DNA of 64,000 bases from Raillietiella orientalis (GCA_036172245.1 JAYWIR010000006.1:310001-374000); one strand, 5' to 3'; shown: positions 37,086 to 50,900, numbered from the stretch's first letter. Made by a program: numbers and translations. Notes: a model not told the origin generated them from the sequence alone.

Positions 37086-38519
37086 ATCATGAGTTCCATT
37101 ACGTCTGCGGGGGAAAACGGAAAACTATCTTTTTCTATCATTTTTCATATTTTCAGAATTATAAACCGGCCTTACATGCATAGGTCTCTGGCTGAAGACT
37201 GGACTAGATGTGTTCACCACTTTGCAACCATCATTTCCAAATGGGCACCTTTGATTTCCATCGACGTATGGTGTAGGCGATGTTTCCCAGTGCAAGCTTT
37301 CACGTTGAATGCCTTTTACATCACTCAAAGTTATTTTGACGTAGCTTCAAGAGTTGAGTAAGGGACTAATAATAGTCGGACGTATTGATGATAATACGTC
37401 CGACTATTTTACGTCCTGATCTGTGTCTGCTCTGTATTCCAGAAACTAATTATGACGCCTTTTTGTAGTGAGATAGCCAGAGTGATGTGTGAGGAAGTTT
37501 TGGATCGGCGATGAGCAAGGATTTACAGGAGCTTTTTGTAGCCTACGAGACAGGCAGACTCTTAAAAGGGTCATAGGGCTGCAGAACTACTTGCCGACGG
37601 AAGTCCTGGCCAAGATGTTTCAAGGAAGCGGTAACGTCCCTTGTTACAATCCTATGGTTAGGACGACCACTGCCCTGTTTATTACGGCCATCCTAATCAG
37701 ATGGTGGAAGATGAGGACGAGTGGAACGGCCGTATCTCCCATGGAAATCCTGAAAGGGATTTTCCGAAGAGACATCGGCATACGGAACTGTGGTGGAGGG
37801 CCAGCCTGGACATACCGACATTTCCTGAGAAGGATCGAGGACATCGTCCAGACACACCCAACACTCAGTCCTCCGTAGTGCAGACCTAATTATAGTGACT
37901 CCCGAAAGTGAAAACATAGAAGCGACCCTTAGTGAATTCTAGTGTTTGGTATAAATGCAACTGTAGTGTGAATGAGAAAGCAAATAAATTTACCCCACCC
38001 CTTCTGGGATTGGGGAAAATTGTAGCCTGTGAAACTCTTTACGTTGGAATGTCATGAGCCCGTTGCTATGAGTGTGGTTTATCTGAATCTAGCGCCCTCA
38101 AATGTACAGCAAAGAATTAGAATTCATCGTGAATAATTTTTTTCTACACAGCAACTTCCTGTTATACAGGAGGGTCGACTACTGTATGGGATGTTACCAC
38201 CAATGCTAGCTTTCAGGGAAGCTAGAAGGATAAAGGTGTGTACAATAATTATACTGAAATTCGCTTTCACTTTTCAAATTAATGAACTTTAAACAGCGAA
38301 ATGCCTTCAACAACGCTCGGAAGAAGATCGAATAACACTTGGCAGAAGCTGCTAAGTTGTCTTTAGTAAAAGGCGAAAGAAATAGTCGCTTAGAGTAGGG
38401 ACCCGAGCTAAGCTGTCTTAAACACAGACGTGGCTAACTTGTATGAAATGTAAGTTCTAAAGAACTAGAAGAATTTTCAAGGTGGAGAACTAATTTGACT
38501 GATTTTGTACTTGAGAAGT

Positions 38520-39790
38520 GCAAAAATTTCGTCTTCTCTTCCAGATGAGACAACTGCTTCCAGGAATGCAGCTCAGTTAATCAATTTTTATTAGAGGAGT
38601 GAGCTAAGAAATGAATATTTTTCAGGATTTGCTTTAATTAATTTCAGTTCAAGGTACAATTATAGGAAAAGACTTTCACGGAAGTGGAACTGTCGCTAAT
38701 AGAATTTATCTTTCCATGCTTAAAACTGGGGTACAGCTACAAACGGATCTCCGTAAACAGCGGGGAAAACCTTGGTCTTGTAGCGATGCTGGCAAAGAAA
38801 TCGAGTTTTAGCTCACGAGATCAAAAATCAGAAAAGCTTATTGCTCTGCTGCTATATCACCTAGAAAGAACATCTTTGCGCCTAGTAGTTGACCCTTCAT
38901 TCAGTCATGTCTGTGGCAGATGAAGTGCATCAATTTCGTACGAAATCGCCGTCAATTAAGGCCATGTTCATCAGAATTAGCGGGAAAATATGAATATCCT
39001 CTGTGTCATTCCCTTGTTAGGTGCCTTAACGAAGGTGTTAATTCGTTTCTGGAAACTCAAAGAGATTAATTTGTTTACGGATACGATAGATGGTCCGATG
39101 CCAAAAATGGAAAGCAATAATCGGCCTTGCGATCTAGCATTTCTGGTAGATGTTGCTGCCAACTCATCAGAAACTCTATTATCAAACTTTGGTCCCAAAA
39201 AGCTAGCAATCTCGCTTTATGGCAACATCACTGTCATTCAAACAAAACTTAAATTGCTGGAGCAACAGTTTCCTAACGACGAATCGGTACATTTGGCCAC
39301 GCTACCATCAATGAAGCCGGCATCCAGCATTCGTCTATGGAGCAGAATATCAAAAGCTTAGAGGAGAGCATTGGAAAACGGGTTTGCAATGTTGAATGAA
39401 ACCGAGATGAAACTGCAATTATTTTCTACTCCATTCCCGAGACAGTGCGAGGCAGCTTCTTCGAAGTTTCAGCTTGAGCTAATAGATTTGCAGGCTGACA
39501 GTTCACCTGGAGCAAAGTTCATTTCATTTCTGCTAGCGGGATCTTATGAAGCACGTGTTCCTACACAAAAACGTCCTTTTATGAAATCGCAGGCCAAAGG
39601 AAAAATGTGCCCCTTATGTGGAAGTGCATCGGGTGCGAACTGTCTTTTCTAAAAAGTGGCCAATATGAATCGTAAAATGGGAGTCGACTTTCACATGAAA
39701 ATCTTCAGAACCAACTTCGCATAGATGATTCACAATGTTGTGCTGCGATATGAACAAGCTTTCACAAGAGAAGCAAACAAGAAAGCCTCA
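38520..39790 (+). mobile_element. hAT (Charlie/SPIN, GTF2IRD2-like) transposase pseudogene
   Basis: DETTA..AAQL/IFIRGV, KVLIRFWKL.EI..F, CDLAFLVDV, QTKLKL, LFSTPF and FQLELIDLQ, with many frameshifts. Confidence 0.8.
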
Positions 39791-40559
39791 TTAAGGAATA
39801 TTTCTAATGAACTACAATAGTGAACAATCTATTGATGTAAATCAATATTTTAAACCATGCAGGTTTAATCCTAGCAGGATATCAGTAATGTATTTAATTC
39901 CCGCTCGAAAGCAAAATGTAATAGATATAAACATTTGATCCAATGTAGGAGTAGCCAATTACTAAGGTTTCATTTACACTTACAATCCTTTTGCTTCGCT
40001 CTTTTGATTGTTTTGTTTCGTATTTTATAAACGCAAAAGGGCTTTTTTAAAATCTTTTCTTCATCTCCTTTATGAAAGATAACTGATCTAATAATTGGAC
40101 CCATGAAATGAGAACGATTTTATGTAACGTAAAGACAGTTAAAGGAAAAGCTGGCCATTATGACTTTGAGCTTTAAGAAGTTGGCATTCTCTGTGTTTGG
40201 GATTGTGATCCCTAGTAAACAACGGACTGTGGCTAGCTGCCGCTTTGGGGAACGCACATGCGGCCCTCTGAGGCAAAGGGTCACTGCTGTTTGAAGTGGT
40301 CTGCTCTTTCAACACTTTTAATTCGCTGATCAACATTCCCCCACTAGCTCGTTTGATCTTCCAGTGACAGTGAATGAGAATAAAAGAAAGCACTAGCCTT
40401 TCTTTAAAAGCAGAGACAAATTTTGAAAATACTAGGAAAGAGCAATCGCTTCGAAAGGTTCCGAAAACCAGCATTGGAGACGTTGCAAGAAACACTTCAA
40501 CTGAGAACTCAATAAACCAGACGTTCGATGACAGCAGGGCTACTAGCTGCATTTTCTGA

Positions 40560-41950
40560 AATAAACATCAAAAAGTAAACAGCTAGATGAATGTCTCCGG
40601 CTATTGTCTTTAGCTGACATTGGTTACTAGATCAGAGTGAAAACATACTAAATTTCAAATGAGGACACTTTGGCGGTTATCGGAGGCTTCTACTTATCCA
40701 CGAGTAGGTTGTGGAGAGCTATGAAAAGAATTCTTCAGAATATAACTGGAAGAAAAAAAAAGAAAACAAGGCTGCATTGGTTTTCGCATTGTTTTCCTCT
40801 CTTGGATCACAACCAATTTCTTGATTAATCCGGAGTGTTTGACTTTTTTTCCCCGAAGATGAGCGTGTCGCGACAAGGAAAGCGTGCAGCTGCTCGGTAA
40901 CGCAAATGGTAAACGGCCTAAATAGAATCCAAGGTTTCCATTATTCCATGGAGTCTCGAAACTCAAAGGAGTCTTGCTTACAGGCTTTGCTGCTTACAGC
41001 GTGAAGGAATTTAGAGAGAATGGTGGTAGCTTTCTTTGCAGCTATCATATGGGCACAAAGCTGGGGATCCTATTGACCACAAGTGTCCTGCTGACATGGA
41101 AGACACGAACAGACAGAAAGATGAAGTTTGTAAGAAATCCTCCGAAATGCAAGCAGAGATGCATCCGTTCCTGATTTTTTGATCCAGTAGTGGATGCGCA
41201 ACGTTCTCATGTCAGTCTTCTAAGAATTTAGATGAACAGAGAGAAGTAAGGCTATCACTACATGACTACAGAGGATGTCTACATGACTACTAAGGACCTG
41301 TGAAAGGGCAAAAATTTCATTCTGTATCATCAGGCAGGATTCACCTTTGAGGGTCATATTCCATTGATCCATAGTTTAGAAAAAGACCCTATTTGTTGTC
41401 AGGTTGGAAAGCTGATCGCGACTACCCTGACTGACTCGCACGCCTCGATGCATGAATCCATCCAGATGAGGTAAACGAGGAAAAAAGTTGCCGCAGACTT
41501 TCCAAAAGAGAGGATTTTGCTCCAAAGCAAAGTGAAGCCTTGGATCGACAATTCTGATGACGTTGGATCATCTTTTTTCTAGTGTTCAAGAATTTAGTTT
41601 CCTGGTTTTAATGCAGGTCATGTTTTCATCGGTAAAGTGTCTTTTAAAAATTTCCTTATCGTGGAGCATAAATCGTTCTTTCAGTGCAACATTGTACCAG
41701 GAAGCACTGCTTCATATTTTTTTTAACGAAAAGTTTCATTCTCCTTCCATATTCTCCTTGCAATGGAATTGGTACCTCTTTAGCGTTCCGCGGTCTGATT
41801 TTCTTTTTTTTTCTGTCTCCGTAATTTTGGATGAAGAAATTTGAATTCTTGTGTTCAAATTGCGTAAATGAGGATTCCGTCTCCCTTTCCCATAATGCAA
41901 AGCACGATCTCCGAAAGATAAATCTGCAGATTTGCTGAGTAGCAATTAAG
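40560..41950 (-). mobile_element. Degenerate non-LTR RT fragment
   Basis: P.LKPGN.ILEH.KKDDPTSSE resembles P..WK...TILI.KKGDP. Numerous stops. Confidence 0.3.
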
Positions 41951-42148
41951 GCAGCCAGGGCAACGAAGCAGAAGATTCTCGTCGTGATCGGAAAAATTAA
42001 TGACTAAAAGACCGCGGAACGAAGGCATTTATAGAGAGTTGGAGAAAATGTTGTTCGCGTAGGAAACGGAAATTGCGCCATTCGCTTGGCCGCCATTGTA
42101 GTGATTCGAATTCCAACAATTGCTGGTGTCCTAAGCATACACCGCAAC

Positions 42149-45100
42149 ATGGGAGCCGCTAGGCATGGGTTTCCTGACCCACCAGCAAATCCGCGGTCCG
42201 TAATCGATGTCTCCTTGGATGCTGAAAACTCACGGAGCTCTGCTCGCGTCGGTGTTGTGCAAGACACGGTTTCCACGAAACCCTCGAGGCTCATCAACGT
42301 GCTCCCACGGAGCTACTTCCCTTTCTTCCAGAGTCCCAAGCGCGCGGCTATGGTCACGCACGTGACGATCGAGAACCTGACGTGTCTCTTTGTTGCTTAC
42401 AAGGTAAAGGAAGGCAACGGTGAGGGAAAGGGAAGGGGTGCAGTGGGATGGCGTCTCGAGCATCCCACAGCGCGAGCGACTTGCCCTGCAAGCCAACGGC
42501 AAGAGCCGGTGGACTGTAGGGCGGGCGCAGCCACTCCCTCCGCTGAGGGGTCGGCGGTCCGGGTCGGCGGAGTAGGTCCATGGCAGACGACGACTCTCGT
42601 CGCTCGGCACGCAGGCGTCCTCCCGGATACCGGGAAGGCGAGCCTACGGCGTTGTTGGAAGCGGGAGGGGCAGGCAGGTCGAATCGCCATCGAACTCAGA
42701 GCACCTGCACCTTGAGGGGTGCAAGTGCTTTGGGTGCGATCGCGGGAGGAGGGCCGGTCTCCGGGGCAACCGACTCCCGGGCGTTCCAGCACCGGAAAGA
42801 ATCCCGCGCAGGAGCAGATGTCGCGAAGCGGTCTTCTGCGACAGGTGGCCCGCTTCGAGGAAGCCGACCCCGCAACGACGGGCGGAGGGTCTCGGGAAAC
42901 CGGAAGCGTTCCCTCCTACCTCTCTTCCTCTTCAGCGACGGGGGCAGAGAGGGGGCTGTCGTTTCCCGTCCGCCCTCCAGTCAGCGCGCTTGGCACCGCA
43001 GCCGTTGCGCCAGAAGCCATTTTCTGCCGGGCAACTGAGATTTTGAGGCGCGCCTGAAAGAGAGGAAGAAAGACGATCTTTCTCGTAGCGCCCTGCGCTC
43101 GGTTGCTTGCGCAAACCCGCCAATCTTCGGCTGGCCAGCTGCCGTCGGAGGCAGCTAAGCACCGCCTCCGGTGCTCACTCACGCCACACAAGGATTGGGA
43201 GAGGGTCGAGGGAGACACGACACACAACTGGGAACTTTTTGTCCTGGACGCTGACCGGAGACCTTCTCCCGCGGGCTGGTTCTCTCCATCCCCCTCTCCT
43301 TCCCAAAAGCCTGCTTTGGGAGCCCAGCGGGCCCCGGAGCACTCCCTCGGATGGCTTGTGAGCGGATGAGGGTGCGTGCGAGGAAAGGACGGATAGGGGT
43401 GGTCAGAAGCTCTTGCGGCTGCTGGAGACTCTTGGCGACAATTCTGCCAACTGGGGATGTGCGGCGAATCTCCCGCCTCCCGAGAAGCCACTGTCCCGAC
43501 AGTCCTTGACCTCTCCTGGCCATTTCCTGCTGCCTGCATAAAGGCAGCATGTCCACCAGTCGCAGCCATTCTCCCCCCACACTTCCCTTCCTCCCCAACA
43601 CCGTTCTCCTCCTCATCAAAGTCGAAGCCATTCAAAAGGGAGCTGCGTCACTGCAGCCGCATCCTTCGTTGGTTACTCTGTGACTCCCGCGACGGCTGCC
43701 CGCCACCGTTGTCGCTTATCGCTACCGCCGCCCACGGGAAAGCTATGGATGGATGGAGTGGGGTTAGGGTTAAGAGTGGTGCGCTTAGAGCGTAGGAAAA
43801 GGGCTTCTGGTGAGGAAATGGATGAGATAAAAAGGGAAAGGTTTCTCCCTTCCTTCGATCGAGGACGGCGGTGGTAGTCCTGGATGATCACCGCCCACGA
43901 CATTTGCAGGTCAAGTGTAGTGACCCCAGTCGCTACCAGATAGAGAACTGCGAGGACCGGCTGCTGCCCCAGGAGAGCACGCGATTCATTATAAGCGCGG
44001 TGCCGGAACTGCCCCGGGAGGAAATCACCAAGGTCACCTTCCTCATCGTCGCCATGGAGATAAAGAACGTGAAGATATCGAGCACCGAGATCAATCTCCG
44101 GTTTCGGGTGAGTTCAACTCCAATCCCCCCCTTCCCCCTTCCCCAAGAGAGAAGAGCACTTTCTGTAGTCAGAAGGGGGAAGCGAACGAAGTGGGGAGAA
44201 GGAAAGACAAAAAAGACATCTCCTCCTCCCCTTCCCTGTCCTTCACCGGAGGCATCCTCCGCCATCAGGGCACCCTTTGCTTTGGGAACGGGGAGCTCCC
44301 TAGGTACGCATTCTTTGGCCACGAGGAGCTCGGCCCCCGGGACTTCGTCAAGTTTGCTGTCTCTCCCGTCGGCATGCGTCGCAGTAGGAAAAAATACATA
44401 AAAAAAAAGTGAAACTCGGAGAACTTGCCGCAGCAGCGCTCCCGAAGGAGGCTGGAAGCAGTCGGGATCTCTCCCTCTTCGAAGGCCCGTCCCTGTCCCT
44501 CCCTCCCTCCTTCTGGGTTACCGAAGGAGCCGAGGTTTCCGTGCGCTCCCTGCCACCAGTCGCCAGCCGCTTACCTGCGCACACTACGGACTAGCTGGGT
44601 GGAGGGGTAGAGCGCGCGCTCATGCGCAAGGGAAGAATGGCATTGAGATGGGCGGATGTTCTCTCGAGGCGGTGCGACGCACTTCACACCCCAAGCGGCG
44701 ACGGTCGGGAGGGTCAGTGCTACGAAGGCCTCTGCGAGAGGTAAGACGAGAAGGAAGACGATGGTGATGGCAAGACGGCCATCCCCGGAAGATGGGAAGG
44801 GAGGGAAGCAGGTGGTGACGGTGGCGGCTCGGACTTTGGGACCGCCGGCATCACGGCCCCTCCTGCTGGCGTTGGTGCCATGGCGGCGACGGCGAGGGGA
44901 AAACGCCCCGCGGCGCGCGCCGACTCCAGCGTTGGCTCTTGCAGCGATGCCTGAGGAACGAGTGCAGCAACCTGGAAATCCACCGAAGGATGGGATGCAT
45001 CGCCGGGAGCACAGACGTGCTGGCTCTGAGTCCGGCCCTCTGCCGCGGACTTCAGGAACAACGCACGACGGTCCTGCGAGGGATGCTGGCGGGCGACGAC

Positions 45101-45448
45101 GACGACGACGACGACGGAGGCGGAGCCGCAAGATCTTTCCGAGAAGCGGGGCGCATCCAACGCCGGCGGGTCGCGCGCCGTTCCGTGGAGCAGTCGGATG
45201 TGAGTTGTGTCTTCCTCGGGGAAAAAGGGAACGAGAGGGAGAGGCCACTCATGAAACCAGCGGAAGCTCATCGCTGCTTCCAGGACCTGGACGTCCTGAA
45301 GGAGGACATGCGGAAGATTTCTCTGAGGTCCAAGGCGAACTCGTTGCTTATCTTGTTGCTACTCGGATTCTTCTGCGTGATGACCATCGTCAACTACAGG
45401 AACTTTATGCTCTTCCGCGAGAGCACAGGATTCAAGTGCATCCCGAGG
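42149..45448 (+). CDS. MSP-domain membrane protein (VAP/MOSPD-like architecture); 3' end uncertain
   Basis: Exons 42149-42403, 43910-44107, 44945-45199 and 45284-45448 are all phase 0 with GT-AG introns. The join gives VTIENLTCLFVAYK|VKCSDPSRYQI (cf. MSP I.N.....VAFKVK.T.P..Y.V). This is followed by D7, a short predicted helix (DLDVLKEDMRKI) and the hydrophobic segment LLILLLLGFFCVMTIV. Confidence 0.75.
45095..45115 (+). repeat. (GAC)7 microsatellite encoding poly-Asp
   Basis: Seen directly in exon 3 of the MSP gene. Confidence 0.9.
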
Positions 45449-46751
45449 GTAAGCGGAACCGCGCTGCGGCAGGGGTTAGTTTTCGACGGGGAGGAAGGGA
45501 AGGTCTTCCTGGAGTCAAGAGAACAGACCGGGTCACTGTAGTCAAACAACATTCCCTTTCAAGGGTTTGAGTGATGGGAAGACTCATGAGGCAGTCACAA
45601 GAGCTCCTATCATCTCTCGAATGTCCGAATCTTCAGCGTGCTCCGTTCTCTTGTCCACGACCTCTCGACTCCTGCCACACTCCAGAGACGCGTTCTCCGT
45701 GCCTCGATCTGCCACACTCATTTACCCCTCCGCTGGAATGGCTCTGGCCGCAGCAGCCTGGTGCGGGATTCCAAGCTGCTGTAGCAGTCAGATTGCCCCG
45801 TGTGCTGAATTCTTCCATCCCACAAAGCAGGAAGAATCTTCCTTCCTTCTTCCTTCTGAAGCATCCTCATCCTAACGAAGGGGTGCCCGGCTCCTAAGTA
45901 CCACCGCCTCCCAGACGCTAGCTCGCTGATCCACAAAAGAACACAAAAAGAAAACGCAAACAAAAAGAAAGAAAGCACAAAAACAAACAAGCAAACAAAC
46001 AGGGGAAAACAGCGTGGAACCCATAGGAGAATGAGGGAAAGTACACTTAAAGATGGATTACAGGAACACGAGAAGGCACACACCTGACACAGTTTTTTCG
46101 GTTTTGCTTGGTAAATTACGGAAATTTGGAAAGTTTATACGAGCGTGGTTTGTGGATTTTTCCTTTCTCTTTTCATTTTTCCTTTTAGCCAGTGCGTGCG
46201 CTCACTAAGAGATCAACACGATCCCTTCCCGCTGCGTGGACGGAGTTTCCCTTTTTTTTCCTCTCTAAGAAGGCAGGCTGTTGCTTAGCGACGACGCGCA
46301 TTCAAGCTTGAGCAGGCCTACTCGGGAGGCTACTCGCGACCCGCGACGATGTGACTTTCATTTTACTCTCTCTCTTGCACAAAAAGCTGGCTGGGACCGC
46401 GCATGCCTCATGACATTTATTTGCTCGCAAGATTCGAAAAGAGTGCATTCTTTGCTCCGAGCTCGCAATTTATTGAAACAAACCGTCCCGACCTGGATAA
46501 GCGCTTGCTCCGTCAACGAGGCGAGCACCGATTCAGGCTTGCCAGAAAACCAAAAACGAAACAGTGCAGAAACACGCGCGCAAAGATAAATCTTCGTCGC
46601 TTCCTGAGTCTCTTTCTTCCGATCTGCAGATTTGGTGAAGAATTCGCTTGAAGAGATAGGGGAAGAATGTTTCGATAATCAAGATCTTGAAAAACGGAAA
46701 ATTTGACCCAACATTTTTTTTGTCGAAACATGGAATTGTGTCACATCTCAG

Positions 46752-47148
46752 CTAAGAGAGGCAGAGAGATGGGACAAGAAGGTTGTTCGCAATCTACAAA
46801 AGGTAAGTCTAAGAGTTCAGTACTTTGAGAGGAAACATCCAATAGATAGTCTGCAAAGTCCATCCATGTTGTTCTGTTTTTTTTTTTTTTTTTTTTCCTT
46901 TTTCGTGACTAGCATTCTCTCTATAGCTACGAATATTCTCAGATCAGATGAGGAGCTTATGTTCTCTTTTGCGAAGCAACTCCATGAAAATGAAACCGAT
47001 TCAATGGATGGAGAAAGCCAGAATTTATGCCTACCATAGATATCTTAGACACGGAGTAACCGATCAAAAAGCAACAGAGGTCTTGAAAATCATTGCCCAG
47101 TTTCCTGAAGTGAATGCCATAGTTAGCTTTCTGATGTGCCACGAGTGA
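46752..47148 (+). CDS. Putative orphan exons (46752-46802, 46927-47144/47148)
   Basis: Consensus donor AAG|GTAAGT, long T-tract with ctctctatag acceptor, and an open phase-0 join LREAERWDKKVVRNLQK|LRIFSDQMRSL... Confidence 0.35.
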
Positions 47149-47569
47149 GCCTGCCATCTCCCTGTTTAATGTTCGATGAATAAAATCAAATTCGATTTTA
47201 TTCATCTCCAAAGACCATAGGTTATTTCGTTTCCTCCGCAAAAGAGAAAGACGGAACGCTTGGATGAATTTGGGAGAGCAAAGTAAACTCGAGAGGCCCA
47301 GCGATAAAAAAGCAAAAAACCATTGGGAATTTTTTAGCGCGCGTTTTCCGAAAATCCAAAACGTTGGCATTGTAGAAATCACGCCAAAAGCACCTCTTTC
47401 CTCGCAAAGGATGCTGCTGTTGTTTTTTGGCTGGATTGCGGAAGCTGTCCTCTCACGGAGGGTAACGATAGAGTGGTAATGAAGTGGACACAATTTGTCG
47501 ACTCGGTTCATTTTACTTTCTACCCGAGCGTCAAAGGCGAATGTTCTTTCAGGATACCTACGAGGCTTG

Positions 47570-47940
47570 CCGTTCCAAGAAGAGTCGCATTCTTCTTACA
47601 TGAATTCCGAAGGTAAAGGTGAAGTATCAGGGCAATAAGAATTGCTCCCTCAATTCTGCCGCTACTTTGCTTCCATTTGTTTACTCCCCAACTGTTGAAG
47701 AGGCTGCGCTCCCATTTTGCCATCGGTTTCCCTACAACCCACCGCCTGCTTGTCTCCGAACAACATCAGCAGTTGTCGGGAAGAGGGATCACTGCGTCGA
47801 TTCGTCGCCCTAAGCAATCCTTGGTTGCGGAGTTGATGGCGCGTCTTTCTCGCGTGTTCCAATTCGATCTTCTCCATCGTCCGTTTAGCTGACAGGCGAT
47901 TCGTCTCAGAGACATCGCTGTCATGCGAAAACCGGACCTC
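47570..47940 (+). repeat. Block B3: short copy of the B-block end
   Basis: Matches ~22950-23280 (plus a short piece near 22825) and the reverse complement of 51229-~51580. Confidence 0.9.
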
Positions 47941-50900
47941 TTTCCTTTTTCCACCACTGCGAATCAAGGGAGATGGAGCGGCTGGATGATACAGCGGAGA
48001 GGAGGAACCACTCTAGATCAGGTCGAGATCCTCACGGGGTTGATGCTAACGTCGGCTGCTCCCAATCAGCGCAGAGCTGACGAGTCGAAGGGAGACGTTT
48101 GCTTTCTTCGAGGAAAACAAAGAAGGGAGGGGGGGAGCAACGGTGCTTCCTTTTGCTCTCTGCCCGCGCCATGTTCACATGCGCAGGCGCACATTTTGTT
48201 ATGTACATTATCGTGATTGTTCCTCATACGTGATAACGTGAACGACAACGTCTCAATCTAGGTGTATCCATCGTCTTCGAGGGGAGTTTCAAATCTGTCA
48301 GTACCAGATAGAAGCAAGAAAGTCTCAGTGGTTCTGCTGCTGGCCGATGGAGCTTTCTCTGCTGGAAGATGGCCATCTGATCGACCACCCCCTCCTCCAA
48401 AAGAAAGTGCACTCTCCATCGTTCCTCCTCCTCTCTATTTCTCATCCTTCTGTAATCACTGTGCAACGTGTTCGGTCGTCTTTCAAGAGATGACTGTGAC
48501 TATTGCTTATGCGTAAGACAACCTTGCGAATAGGTCGCCCACTTAGGTGTTCTTGACGTATCCACTTGACTTTTGCTCACCGTCGTCGCTATTACCCGTC
48601 ATAATGAGGTTCCATAGCCTATTCACAGGTGCTTACACCCGTCTTATTCTGGAGATTCGTGCAAGATAGCCACCGTGACCGTCTTCTGCGACCTCTTCGT
48701 ACGAGAGTAATTTCTCTGGCATGACGGACCATAAGTACTCTGGAACAAACACAGGAGCTGGGAGTAGAGATCTGGTCAGGATGTGCAATACGACAGATGG
48801 ATGGGCTGCACCTGGCTACAATCAAGTTGCTGGGTTCAGGAGAGATCACGGTGGAAGGGAACACGGTGGTTAGTGAAGATACGATAGGAAGGTCGGAAAT
48901 GCGAGGAGGTGGTCTCGGGCGAGGATGCAAGCGTTAAGATGCGAATCTTCTGGAGATCTCATTCTTTTAATGATGCAACATACTCACTCTGTTCTACCTC
49001 TGCAGTGCAAGTTCCAACAATGTGACTGTCAATAATATGTCTATTAATGAATATGAATAACCACGCGTGTTAAAATAAATTTGCATATAAAGTTATGTAG
49101 AATTAACACAAGTGTTTATTTTCGGTCATCCTTCGAGATTTTGATGGCACTTACCTCGACAAGCAACAAAAAAGAACGAAAAAGCAGTACAAGGATCCAG
49201 GATTTGTGCCGTGGGTCAGAGCTGCCACTCTCTCTAGTCGCTGTTTCTCTTCTTCCACGCCTTCGTCTCTAAACTGTAGCCCTTGGAAGCGCTCCCGGTG
49301 ATCCTTGCCCGGATCACCTGGATGGGTGGCTCTGCAGTTGTCTGGGCGTCTCAGGCGTTCGCGTCGAGGAAAGAGCGGCGGCGGCGTGAGCTGCCTCCCT
49401 CCGCCACACCCCTTTTTGGGCGAAATCCATCAGAGCATCTCACTAGAATGGCTGCGTGGCACAGCAAATCCAAAGTGTAAGAGATGAGCAGCAGTCGCCG
49501 TTACTCCCAGTCCGCACAGCAGCAGCGCCCCTTTTTACAACGCCGACCGCGGATGGGGATCACGAGGAGAAATTTCACTCGCGAATTCTACGTTCATGCA
49601 CATCCTCTTTCCTCTCCCGCGCGCTACCGAGGGAACGGTGCAAATCTCGGCGGGGATGCTAGAAACTCCTGGGTCGGTGCCACACGTCACCTATCGACGG
49701 GGTACGGCGGTGTCTGTGCGAGCCGCAACTCGTCGGAAAGAAGTGAAAAGAAAAGAATTGTGGGAAGGTGCACCGCCGAAGAGCTCTTTCTCTAGCACGG
49801 CTCCCGTCCTTTGGCGGGCGACTGCGACGTCCTCCATCGGCAACCCACGGAGCTTCTTCCATTCCACACGCATGGAACCTCATGCGCTGACTGCGCAGCC
49901 GACGCACCTCCGAGCGTGCTGCGGCACGTGCCCGCAGGTGCCACACTCCGCGCTCTGCACAGTGGACGCACCTTGCACCGCCCCCGTCCGAAGAGCAGCG
50001 AGCGGCGTCCTGCAGCGCCGCTCAGTCCGGTCACGGCGCACCGTCTGCCGCACCCCGCGTGGCGCGGACGGGCAGGGAATCAGCTAGCGGCTGAAGCTGC
50101 GAGAAGAGGACATGCCATTCTAGAGTGTCAGTTTCCGAGCCAGGAACCACGGGTTCGAAGCCCAGTGTAGGAGAGCCGCCTACCCGGACGTTCGAGGCGG
50201 TCAGGAAAGACATCGAGGAACTCGAGGAAGCGGGGTCGAATCTCTCCGGTGACCTCAGTCCTGAGCACCCTGACCAGGTGGTTTCCCTAGCCTTCCTGCC
50301 TTGTGGGAATGCGGCGACTGCAGGGACCACGACAGTGAAATAAGGGCGGGGAGAACCCGTACGGCGGGTCCCACCCGGTGCGTACTAATTCTACGGCCGG
50401 GGAGGCTAGGAACTCAAGGGAAAAACCTTTGAGTGCGGAGGTAAGACTTGCTAACGATGGAAATGTTCTTCCCTCGTTCTTCCCGAATATTCCCCACACT
50501 GAAAATGCATTCTGTGTACGCATTCAGCTAGAGTGTCCGTCAGAGGAAGGACCCCCGTAACTTGCAAACGACTCGAGGAAGACCAAAGACGTCGAACAGG
50601 CGGGTAGAGAGCATACGTAAAGGAAGGTCACGTTCGAGGACACAGTGACGTAGAGATCGCAGGCACCCGCACGAGATTTAAGAGACCTCAGGGAAGACCG
50701 TCGCGAGAAAGAGTCGACGGGGAGGAACAGACGAAAGGGAGGAACTTTCCTAACATCCCGAATACCCTATTTGTTCGCACTACTTTCCTGAACCACTAAC
50801 TTTCATGAACGGAAACGACGAAATGCAGAATGGGACCCGCCTTCCAGAGCCTCTACAGAGAGCGTCATCCGACCGCCATCTCTCTGAGCCCTTCAGGACG

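Noticed and set aside
37642..38054. Solo LTR (TG...AATAAA...CA)
   Set aside because: No matching TSD and no second copy in the window.
42916..43635. 239-aa antisense ORF in MSP intron 1
   Set aside because: It starts at TTG, is GC-rich and has no domain, so it is probably a shadow ORF.
43758..43775. Telomere-like GGGTTAGGGTTA
   Set aside because: Only two units, which is expected by chance.
43910..43921. TCAAGTGTAGT match to the U2 snRNA branch-pairing region
   Set aside because: Only 11 nt and it lies inside a coding exon (VKCS). The rest of U2 is absent.
49360..49415. RRRRELPPSATP resembling the 69-aa ORF
   Set aside because: Low-complexity similarity only; the flanks do not align.
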